The notes under the pieces were generated by a model that was given only the letters and a program-made list of their open reading frames with translations, searched no databases and was not told where the DNA came from. Made by a program: the position numbers and the translations under genes. 64,000 bases of DNA from Podarcis tiliguerta. Lineage: Eukaryota. Of this stretch, positions 29,994-41,590 are shown piece by piece (position 1 is the stretch's first letter; each line of letters opens with the position of its first letter). The stretch lies in the NCBI GenBank assembly GCA_965153285.1, contig OZ229115.1. One strand, 5' to 3'.

Positions 29994-30173
29994 GGGAAGG
30001 GCTATGGCTCAGTGATGGTGCATTGGCTTTCTATACAGAGTCCAAAGTTTGATCCCTGGCATCTGTAGGACTGGATATATTCCCTGTCTGAAATCCTAGA
30101 AGGCAGCTGTCTGTCAGTGTAGACTGTACTCATCTAGCCACATCAGGCAGCTTCTGGTGTCCCTTTGTTCCTA
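29994..30173 (+). mobile_element. tRNA-derived squamate SINE (Squam2-like)
   Basis: gggaagggctatggctcagtg..gtttgatccctggcatct..cctgtctgaaatcc..gtcagtgtagac..aggcagcttc; related pieces at about 10230-10333, 21990-22181 (-) and 29470-29560. Confidence 0.65.
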
Positions 30174-32536
30174 TAGCACTAAAGTCAGATTTATAAGGAA
30201 GTAATGGGTAGCTTTTCTGTTTTCTTCTGTTTTCTTTCATATCTTAAATTGTGCCTGTGGTATTAGTAGTGAATATAATCAGTTGTTTACTGGCCAGCCA
30301 AGAAGTCTAAATGGTGGTTCTGTCCGGAAACTCTGGTATTTAAGTTCTAGCCCAGTGGATTTTCCCATAAATATTGTAAAGAATCATTATTCTAGAGAGC
30401 ACCCGTCAAGAAGGACATGATTAAGTGCAAGGCATTTCTCTTCCCAAGAAAGTGGTAACTAATGGCACAATCTACTGTTAGTCCTTCTGTGAATATTCAT
30501 TAATTGCAAGGAAGAACTTCCCAGTGGATTGTTAGAAATACTGATTTATTGTCAAATCAATAAAGCTTTAAAAATAAAAATAAACACTGTATGGGTGATC
30601 AAAGCAGCTTTAAAACAAGTTAGCACTGTATCTCTAAGGAACTTCTAAACTTCATAGCACTTTCTTTATGAAAGGTATTGGTTTGTCAGCCGTGCAGGTT
30701 AATGATTAATGGGGCTAGAAATCCACCCTGAACTGTCTGTTTAGTGTTTGATTGTTGTGGCCAGCTAAAGTACTACAGAGTTTATAGATTCTCTGATTTC
30801 TGCTTAAAATCATCTCTTATGCAGCTGCAATTTCTTTTTGCCATATACCTCCATTGTCCTGCCGAACATACATGAGAGAGTCGAACTGCAGCTATGCATT
30901 CTCGGTTACATTTTTTTCCTTTTTGATTTTCTGCTCTCCACTTTCACCTCCCCCACCAACCTCCACTGCAGATAATGGTGTATTGGATTAGCCTTCCTTG
31001 CTGCTGCATCAGATCCCGATCGATTTATTGACTCTGTCAGAGAGGCTAGTACAGTAATTGTTACAAGAGCAGAATGGAAAGCAAGAACATGTCCACATAA
31101 AAAATAAAAATGACATTTTGTTCTTTCTTTACCTTCCTCTTTTTCCTTACACTATAGATCTTTATGTGTATACGCAACAAGAGACCACTTCACCCATTAC
31201 TTCTACATTATTAATTGTGACAGTTGGGGTGCTACATGATTACAAACATATTATTGAAAACATTGATCTCACTCTACTGGGGTGCATTTTAGTAGGGTTT
31301 TTTTTGGGGGGGAGCGGCTTCTCTGATGGTTGTGTCAGGGTATTACTGAATCACATTTCCTTGCTGGCATTAGGTTTTCAATATGAAAGATCTTGGAACT
31401 GCATAAAATAGTGAATCCCAATAAAATGGTAATAAAGAGACTGAAACCCCAGTCCTATGTGTGTATAACTGCAATGGGCCATGTAGCAGCTTGCAGCTGG
31501 GTTGGTACAATGACAACCTGCACTGTTGCTAGTGGAACAGACCTATCGCCCTGTGCTGTGTATTCATCACAATCCTGTTACAGTTCTAGCCCTATGATAG
31601 CTGAAATGTGTTTAGGCTTTGTTGAATATGAATCATCCATAATCTTTTTTCTTTTCTTTTTTTTAACCTTTTTTTGCCAAAGAACTGTTTTTCTGCTTTA
31701 ACGTAATGTGATGTCCTGGGATCAGCCCACACCAGCCATAGATCATAATGTTATGCTGGCACATTCTATTTTTTATTATTGCAGATACAAATGAAGCTTT
31801 CATTAAACTGCACATAAATAAGAAGATATATCAAGTGCCATACTTTAGGAATCCTAAAAATTTGCTTTTGCTATTGCTCAGAGGAGAAAGCCTCTGGCAA
31901 ACTGCATGTTTATTCAGAAATGAGACGCAATGAATTAAATGGGATTTAGTGCCAGGTTAGTCAGCACAGGATACACCTTGGTCGTAGGAAAAATTATAAC
32001 ACTTTCCCCGGCATACAATTTTGCCAGGATTAGACTTTAAGAAACCAAGCACTTGACAAGGGTTATTAATGCATTCGCCCATGTAGCAGTTCCAGTGAAA
32101 TCATCTGGGAGGGAAGATTCCATTGGCACCATTCATTCATTCAATCATTCATTCATTCATTTTATTTGTATGCCACTTTTCCACACACACAAAATCATTC
32201 TCAAAGCAACTTGCCACAAAAAAACAGGGAAGCATTTCAAACAAATAGCATTTAGTAATAACATAGCGAAACAAAAATATAATAACATACAATACTATAC
32301 AATAACTTACAATACAAAACATCCAATACTATAAATATAACAAGATTACTTAAACAAGCAGCATCGCAACAGCAAAAATAACATGTGAGCTTCACCATTT
32401 CACCTTCATCCTAAAAACACCCCTTCCATGATGCTGCTCACAGTCAGTCTCCTGCAGCAGCTTCTTGTAAGGTTTCAAGGGCAAAGGGGTTGGGTAGTTG
32501 GAAACACCCACTCCTATGACGTTGCTCCGCTGGAAG

Positions 32537-32590
32537 CTTCTTCTTCTTCTTCTTCTTCTTCTTCTTCTTCTTCTTCTTCTTCTTCTTCTT
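32537..32590. repeat. (CTT)n microsatellite
   Basis: Pure CTT run of about 18 units. Confidence 0.95.
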
Positions 32591-32888
32591 TATTACAATT
32601 GTATACCACCTTTATCTGAACATCCCAGGGCAGTTCACAACAGAAAATTACAAAATGGGAATACAAAATACATAATAAAACAGAAACAAAACAGAAACAT
32701 GCTTGTATCTGGGGTGAATAGAACCTTTAGGGAATTTTCATAAAGACCTTGGGATACAGGGAGAGAGCTAGCCTCCGGCCTCACGTGCCACACCTCGTTC
32801 CTGACTCTATATTCCACCCCGCAGCAGATTAAATTTAAACATTCACAGTTATCATCATGTCTTGTTTGGGCTTCAAAATGAATGGCTA

Positions 32889-33226
32889 TACCTCGGGTTA
32901 CCTACGCTTCAGGTTATATACGCTTCAGGTTACAGACTCCGCTAACCCAGAAATAGTACCTCGGGTTAAGAACTTTGCTTCAGGATGAGAACAGGAATCG
33001 TGTTTCGGCGCCGCAGCAGCAGCAGGAGGCCCCATTAGCTAAAGTGGTGCTTCAGGTTAAGAACAGTTTCAGGTTAAGTACGGAGGTACCACCTTAGCTA
33101 ATGGGGCCTCCCGCTGCCGCCGCACGATTTCTGTTCGCATCCTGAAGCAAAGTTCTTAACCTGAGGTACTATTTCTGGGTTAGCGGAGTCTGTAACCTGA
33201 AGTGTCTGTAACCCGAGGTACCACTG
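32889..33226. mobile_element. Tigger/pogo-like palindromic MITE
   Basis: Right end ..AACCCGAGGTACCACTG|TA; left end TACCTCGGGTTA lacks the outer CAGTGG. Long internal inverted arms at about 32922-33048 and 33088-33202. Confidence 0.88.
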
Positions 33227-35848
33227 TATATACATCATTGTTCTAGAATGAATTAAGATGACTGAAATTACAGTCCTGTGAGTATGAGGTAGAACAGATT
33301 TTATGTAGCAAAGATACCTTTGTTCAGTTGTCACAATTATTCCCATTTTTTAGACTGAAATGTGTGTTGTGAAGATTTTCACAAGACCATTCTTCTTTAC
33401 CAAAGCACTCCATGAGCTGGTTGCCTTAAAATCCAATATACATTAAAACAAATGTATGGAAAAACAGACTGGAAAAAATAACAAACAACCAGCAGAATTA
33501 ACCTGTTGTTCAAACTGTCTTCTGGTGATAGAAATAGGCAGCTTGCAGTCAATAATATTCATATTCTAATAAATATGAATGTTAGGTTTTTGCACAGAAC
33601 ACTTCTTCTCAGGTCACCAGCAGCCTTCGTAAAGATTTCTCAGGCTATGCAACTGATAAAATAGATGATTGCAAACCAAACCAGATACATGAATTATTAC
33701 CTATAAATGTACAAGCTAAACAATATTTTTAGCTAATTTCTTTTTTTAAAATGTACTAATCTGTGCTGTATTTTTTATACATTTACTAGGATCTCTGGTG
33801 TATTTGGGATATGAAAAGTTACTGGAAATTTTAGGTTGCACTGTAAAGTCAATGTGTGTGTTTTTATTAAATTCCACAAATACAGTTGGTTCATTTTTGC
33901 AACAAATTCTTTTCCTTTAAAAAAAAAAATTCAGCGCTTATATTCTGCTTGAAAATAAATGTACAAAGAAAAATGAGTAATTTCCATCTTTCAGTGAAGT
34001 AAGGACAAAGGTCAGAATACCCATTTTCCTGGCAGGCAATAACCACAAGTACAGTTATAGTCTAAAAACCATCCCCGTAAAAACAGTATTGTGGCACACC
34101 ATAATGTATTATTTTTCAAGGATTCCAGAACAGTTTTCCTCACTTAATAAGTAGCATGCCAGGTTCTCCTCTCCCTCTGCAATCAGAAATAACTTTGGAA
34201 ACATATAGAAAGCCAGCTGATTGCAAGCTGTGTTTGCTCAGCTAAAAATTGTAGGCAATACGCAGAGGAAATAGTACATGCTTAAATTCTGGAAGTGCTT
34301 AAGTTGTCTAATTTCAGTTGGGATTTGGCCTTGTCTAATTTCTCTAGTTAGCACCCAGTTCCTAAAATATTGCACTCAGTTTCTTGTGACCAAGCCCCAT
34401 TTCTTAAAATTTAGGGCTTTAAGCATGCACTTGGTTGAAGCCAATTAGTGGGATTGTGATTAACCCCATGCCACTATAAGTGGACAGGTCATTTTTGTCC
34501 AAACTTGCAGCTGACTGAATTGACAGCAAGATCTTGAATTTCAAACATCTGATATAAGCTAATGAAGTGTTTCAAAATCATAAGATGTGACCATTAATAG
34601 ATGCTGGAAGTGGAAATGTGTGTGTTGATCCCTTCAAAGAGTATAATTATGATTACTGTCATAACAATAACTATTAATTCAATTTACTTGGTATGCTTCA
34701 TACTGTTAAAACACAGCACTAATAATTAGTCTGACTTTATGCTAATAAATAGTTTGACTTTACCCCGTGTGATGACTAATAGGTTTGATGCAGACTTCAC
34801 CTTATGTTGAAATAAGGCCTCCTTCCATTTACAGAATAATTATTCACCCTGAACCCAACACCATGTCCCACTGTTCCAAAGTTTTCAATTAATAAATAAA
34901 CAATAACTAGAAGTGCAATGTTTAGTCAATTCTCAGTTAAAAAACCTTTGGACTGATTTATTTTGCAGCGGGTTTTATTTTTAAAAATAGTTTAGTGCTT
35001 TCTCTGAAATTATTTAAAAGATTTGCAGCTAATAGGATGTTGTGTGTGTATCACCTAAAAGCAGAGAAATGGATGCTGCTTCTCCTCCCCAGACTGTTTA
35101 CTTTATTAATATGCAGATTTAATAGATTAATCATTAACTGAGTGAAGCTTAACCCATTAAATATCCTAAGATTTCTTTAATTGTATGACAGCTCTAATAA
35201 TGGACAATGGTCAGTCTTAACTTTGGGGGGGGGCGTGTTCAGTTAAATGTCTGTTATGAATTGCCCTTGACTTTAATTGTCCTTTATGGATGACTCTCCA
35301 GATCCTGCCCCTCAATACTGCCTACGTTTTTCATGTTGTTCCAGGATCTTCACTACACAGTGTCCTTTGATAACCAAGGACAGCTGTGGTGGACTCCTCT
35401 AGACATTTCTATCCAGACCAGAAAGTCACTGCAGTGTAATGTGAGATGTGGCTTCCTTTGACCCTGAAAGCTCTGCATATTGCCGCTATCTAGGCAGACC
35501 TAAGGGGGGGGGGGAGTTAGACCCAGAAACTGTACAAGATTGGACTAATATCATGTCCTTGGTCCAACTAGAAGCAGTCAAATAAAGCAGAAGTAGCTTT
35601 ATAGGGGCAGGGTGTGCTTCAAAGGGAATTATAGTCTGAATTCCACCCTTTCACATGCACATTTAACATTATTTAACACAAGCAGTTGCTCCATTAACAC
35701 GATGCACACACTTTGCCCCTTCTACCATGGAAATGTGTTACCAAGCAGTAAGAGTCTTGGCAGTTCACTTAATTATTTTTTCTGCCTGTTGCAGCAGTTG
35801 TAATGCACTGTGTTGGAAGATGGGTGGTGGTGGTGGTTGTTGTGTGTA

Positions 35849-35874
35849 ATCATCATCATCATCATCATCATCAT
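35849..35874. repeat. (ATC)n microsatellite
   Basis: Direct observation. Confidence 0.9.
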
Positions 35875-37848
35875 GATGAAGCAATTAAAAATCAATATGA
35901 TTTTTTAATATGGACATGCTGCAGACCAGCTGAATGAAGCTTATGGATCACTGATGGTCCATGGACCACCGTTTCAGAAGCTCTAAAGCATTTTAGGTAG
36001 TATAGCTAAAAATGACAGGCTTTAGCCACTTAGTCATTGGTGCATCATGTTGACTGCCTATTTCTTTGAGAGGGACACTGTACTTTCTTACATTTTCATA
36101 ACGCTCATCTTGTACTAGAAATCATTAGAAACTATTGAGTCCAGTCTTCAAAACAGACTCTTTGGTGTCAATACTACAAGTATTAGGACACTTCCATGCT
36201 TCGGGGGGGGGGTGATGTATGTTTGCTATCACATCCAATTAAATCTACATAGCTCCACATCAATGTCATCTTGGGTATAACACCATTTCCTTCCTTCAGT
36301 GAAGGTGATAACCCTTATTCTGTACCCACAGCAAAACTGCTGATTTTGACAAAATGCTAGATTTTTAATTTTTTTGCAAAAATATCTATTTTGAGAACTG
36401 CTGTTTGTTTTCTCTTATACTTCAACTCTCCCTTGGGTCCAAAAAATGGGCCTTGAGGATTTTTTCCTATTCATGGGTACAGAACTAAAGAAAAATAGGC
36501 AACATTCTGATATGTCTCATCACATGTCTAAACACGATAGTCTATTGATGTGTACTGACCAGTTGTTTGTGAAAGAATAATAGCTGTATTTAGACATTTT
36601 TTCCTTGTTGCACTCCTAAGATGCATAGGGGTTGTTTTTTTTAAAAAAGTCTGTTTGTAGATAACTTGCTTTGGGAGCCCAGGCTTTGGTTCAAACTGAA
36701 TAAAACTGCAAGTACAGTCTTGAGAGCTTGCTAACAAAGGATTTTGCAAAACTAACAAAAGCGGAAAGTGCAATGAAGAACAAAGGGTTAGACTGTGATG
36801 AAAGTACAAGCTGGTTGTTATAACACTGGGGCTGTTAGGATAAGTTATGTTCCTTTAAAAAAAAGTGTAATATTTTAACTGTAATGCTATATGCAAATAA
36901 TTAAGGATATATTGTTCTACCTCCTTCCTTCCTCTTCTCTTGGTTATGTGGAAACTTTTAATACTGGAGCTTGAAATTTGTGCCTCTGGGTCTCAAATGC
37001 CTGAGAAAGCACTGCAGGCTGTAACTGCAGAACATTCCTTTGGTGGGCCCTGGAAACAGAGCAAGCTAGCACAAGAGAAGTTCAGAGAGATCACATGTAA
37101 ATGAAGGCTGGCTCTAGGCTCCCAAGGAGCATTTTATTTAGTTTAAATTTGAACTTGAACTTTTAAATGCATTCCAATGGAACTGGACAGAAAGTATTGC
37201 TGGGTGCAGCGGGAAACCATTTTGCTCCGAGTACAGCCTCCTTGCAAAATAGGTTATTAACAGAGCCAGGGAGGGGGTTTAGTTTTATATCCCAGACTTC
37301 CATAAAAACACACAAAGTGTGAAGAGGAGACACATTTCCAAACACTCGGAAAGAGGTGATGGGCTGGAGAGGGGAGGCGCATTTGACCAGGATTCCCTGG
37401 CATGTAACCAAAGCATGTTTGTGGATGTATGTATATATATGGCAAAACAAAACTGCCATGTACAGTGTGATTGAACTCTTACAGTGAAGGAACGTACTGT
37501 GCACTGACATGTGCTCTCAGTACTGCAATTCAAAGCAAGTCTTGGTTACTACCAATCTTACCATATTGAAAAGGAGCGCAGTTGCAGGCTGAGAGTCATA
37601 TGACAGATTGACACTTGGCACAGCCCAGATCAGTGGTCCTTTATATATGATTATCTAGTCCACCATACATAGGCATGCTGGCCCTATACCACCAGCGCAT
37701 TCAGAGGAGCGCTGTGCACCATTCAACAATGCACACAGAAGGCGCCTCTATTTCAATGAGACCTTTTCTTATTACTTTTAAACTTATGCTCTTCATCAAA
37801 CAAGAGCTTGCCATTAAACTTTCTATGTAGCGGGTGAAGAAGAAAAAA

Positions 37849-37874
37849 GTGTGTGTGTGTGTGTGTGTGTGTGT
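37849..37874. repeat. (GT)n microsatellite
   Basis: Direct observation. Confidence 0.9.
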
Positions 37875-39732
37875 CCCTTTCCAGGGCCTGTGCACCTGCA
37901 TCGAATCCCTGTATAGTTTGCCAATTAAGTGGAGGCTCTGAAAAGACTCAGTCTGCGGTTCTGTAGTTTAAATTAAGGGCATGAGATTTTTAGTGCATTA
38001 ACCTCATACCATTTAGAATGCCAGCATATCCCGACTTTTCATCTGTGTTTTAGAGCGTCCTGCAAGTAGATGGAGGCAGAGTGCTTGTATTCCAGTAAGA
38101 AAAACCTTATGACTAACAACAGCTCGTAAGCAACACTTTGGAAGTCTCTGAAAGATTTCATCTTGCTTTCCACTTAATCCCCTTGCTGCTGTACTTGAGT
38201 TCTCAAGTAACTTTGATAGTGCAGGCTCACTTTAATGGGTACAATCTATTTTTCATGACAAAGCAGGAAATAAGCTGTCTTTCGTGGGGAGGAGGAAAGA
38301 TTTACAAAATGTAATCATTGTTGAAATATTCCCTTTGAACTAGCTTGTCCGCAGGGGTGTCTGGCTCCCAATATCCCAGTTTCTTTAGAACACCCTTACT
38401 AGTTCTTCCCGCAGATCAGGTACACTGGTGGTTCACTTCTTTGATGTCTTGAATGAATGAAAGAAAAGCATAATAAAAGGGAGCTGTTGATCAAGCATAA
38501 AATACTCTTTAAGCTGACAGAATGGCAGAGTTAACACATCCTAAGCTGCTTTTAGTTTTTCCCTTTTCCCCCTCACATTTTCCTGTGCTTTGTGTACAGT
38601 GGGGGTTTGTATTTCCCCCCCAAAGCCTCTGATCTATGTAGTATGCCGTCCTATAACAAAACCAGAATAGGATTGTTTCTTTCTCTTGTTTGCTTGACTA
38701 CTTTTTCTTTTTCTTTTCCTTCTTCTCGCCACCTCCGCCTGAAAAATCTGAAGTTAACTATTACTGTGACTGGCTTTGAACGTGTGACATGAAAGTTTGG
38801 GCCATTAATTTAAAGTAAACTTGGCAATAAACACAACTATTCCTTTCCTTCTGCAGAAGCATGTGAGATTTTCCTCATAAGAATTTTAATCTTTATCTTA
38901 AAAGTATAATGTTTGATCATTTTCTTTCGTAGCAAAAAGGTGAAAGTTTTCTTCCCGTAGCTCTAATTTATATCATAAATTCTTTGCGTAATGTATACAC
39001 CGTATTCAAAGTGACACTCGGTCTTGCTTGCTTGGATTACATTCAAAGCCTTTCCCTCTGATGGTTCTATGTATTATATTCAGACTAAAGGCAACTGTGT
39101 TGCAGTTCAACCAACCTTTGATTCATTTTTCAGAATTCAGACACAGGAGATCCTTGACTTGGATTTACGCATTGTTACAAAGGAAACTTTCTGGACTACT
39201 CAGTAGATTAGGAACCAGCAGCAAGAATTGCTGCATGATAAATTTTGTGCTAGGTTTTTGGAGGGCACCTGCTTTCCATGACTGCTGCCACTGAGAAACA
39301 CAGCTCCCCATTGCGGGGCACCTGAAATAGGAAGAAGTTGCGCCACTTCAGTCTCTTGGAAATGGGGTACTTCGTTTCCCATTCAGAAAAAAAGGGAAAG
39401 GCAGCATTAGTGTTACCAGTGAAGTGGTGTGCTAAAGACATGTTAATATAAAAACTGAGCTCACAACCGGTTTCCAGTGTAATGCACTCTCTTTCTATAT
39501 TTATATATGCTTTCAACCTTAGTTGTTGGAAGGAAGTCCTGTTATAGAGCTATAGGATGAAGTTCAGTACAGTTCACTACATTTAGTTTCCTTCAAAAAT
39601 TTGTGTATATTTTGCTTTGAAAATTTTGTGCCTTTGGGGAAATTTTCACCTCTTTCTTTTAAGATGTTCAAAGTACACAACTGTATATTACCAAGATTGC
39701 TATTTAGGGAAATGGGGGTCTTCCATCCCTTT

Positions 39733-39912
39733 TTGCTGGATCTGGCCATTCATCCATCTAGTCCAGCATCCTGTTCTCACAGTGCCCAACCAGGGGCATT
39801 CTCCCCATCTGCTGTTTCCAGAAACTGGTGTTCAGAAGCATACTTCTTCCAGCAGTGGAGGAAGAAATAACCATTGGCACTGGTAGCCACTGATAGCCTT
39901 ATCCTCCATGAA
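39733..39912 (-). mobile_element. CR1 LINE 3' fragment
   Basis: gctggatc..catctagtccagcatcctgttctcacagt..tatcctccatgaa is the reverse complement of the 56121 family. Confidence 0.78.
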
Positions 39913-41169
39913 AATTAAACATTTGTCATTGTGTTCAATCAAACATCCTTAAAGCTCATTTTCATACCTTTGTCTTCACACCTGGAGTTGTTGGGTGTGG
40001 GACTTGCAATGTGTGTAGCTACCCCATCCCTGGTTTTGCAGCTCACATACTCAGAAGCTGAGGCCAACTTATTTTGATTTAGCCTAACTTTCCTATGCTC
40101 CCAATCAGTGCCGGCCCAATCTTCTTAGAGATGACAGGTACCACTGTGAAGTTGTCACTCATAAGAGCAACATGTTGAGGTGAAAAAAATGGGACGCTAT
40201 GTTTTTGGGGTTGCATTCCCATGCAAGATCACAACTATTGCATGAGAGCATAGCAGCCCAAAATGTGGCCATGATAAAAGCACTTTTTCGAGGCGAGATC
40301 ACGGTGCCCCAAAACGCCACCATGCTTTCGCGTGAAAAAATGGGATGTCATGGTTTCCCTGGGACAACTGAGGGTTATGCTGTGGTGTGCCACAAAGCCC
40401 CCCTTTTCAAATGTCATCTCCACCATAAATGAACAAGATGACCTTATAACTAAGGTTGGCGCCAGCTTCACCTCTGTTGTGATGGTATTTCACAACCAGG
40501 AAGCGGTTGTTTTGAAAGACCCTCAAGGCTTACATAGGCTATTGCCTCATAGCCTTAGCATCTCAGCTGCAATGTCGGGACAATAATACTGATGTATCTT
40601 CTAATAGTACTGATATATTTTAATACTTTAAAAAATGAGCATTCTAAACAACTATATTAATGTTGTTGTGGCCATCAAAAAAAACAGGGTAGACTCACAC
40701 AGACTTAAGTGTTCCAGTCCTCTGAACTCTGCAGGCTATTCAGTCCCAGAGAGTCCCTCTATGGCACTGGTGGTGAGCCTTTTTTCACTGAAAGGTCCTG
40801 TTCCCTTCTGGGCAACCTTTGAAGGCTTACATGTCAGTAATGCACAGAGCCAAAGGCAAAGATGTGCAGCACGACAAATGTGAACTCATACATCACTCTC
40901 TTTCTTTCCTTCATCCAGGCAAGCAACAGGCATTATGGAGTTTAAGGACACATTTCAGTCAGGCAAAGACACTCAAGGAAAGTGTGAAGCAGAGCCTGTG
41001 ATGGTTGTAGCCTGGTTAGAGGGTGGGTGGGAAGGGATATTGTCTGGGCTAGAATATGGAGGATCAGACCGAGAGGCCCAGAGGGCTTCATTTGGCCCTG
41101 GACCAGAGGTTCTTTGTTCCTATCCTAGAGAATGATAGCCCCCAATGGCACCAATCAAATCCACAGCCA

Positions 41170-41385
41170 GTGCACCATCACAGAAAGACCCTGGTCTGGT
41201 TTATCACACAACATACCTTACTTTGGGTGGGACCCTAGGAAGGGCCTCCACTGTCAATCTTGATACATGGGCAGGTTTATTATAGGAAGAGGTTCTGCTT
41301 CAAGTACCTGAGTTCCAACTCATTCAGAGCCTTATGTTTTAAAGTCAACACTTCAACTTAGGCCCTGGTAACCTAAAGCCAATGT
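41170..41385 (-). mobile_element. Old L2 LINE fragment
   Basis: ..ttcaagtacctgagttccaactcattcagagccttatg..aaagccaatg corresponds to the HWL..KAL.GLG..YL region on the minus strand. Confidence 0.5.
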
Positions 41386-41590
41386 GGAGTAGAGGTTATA
41401 TTACTGGACTAAGACCTGGGTTGTAAGTTCCCATTCAGCCATGAAGACCACAGAGTGACTTAGGGCCAGTCACTGCCTATCAGCCGAACCTACCTCACAA
41501 CATTGCTGTGAGGATAAAATGGGGAGAACTATGTGTGCCACCTTGAATTCCTTGGATAAAAGGTTGTCTATAAATACAATTAATAATAGT
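41383..41590 (+). mobile_element. CORE/MIR-like squamate SINE (Squam3-like)
   Basis: ..cagccatgaag..gtgacttagggccagtcac..cctacctcacaacattgctgtgaggataaaatgggg..; related pieces at about 1490-1560, 5190-5315 (-), 6250-6385 and 41600-41735. Confidence 0.65.

Noticed and set aside
32428-32743. Poly-Ser and poly-Leu ORFs
   Set aside because: Translations of the (CTT)n microsatellite.
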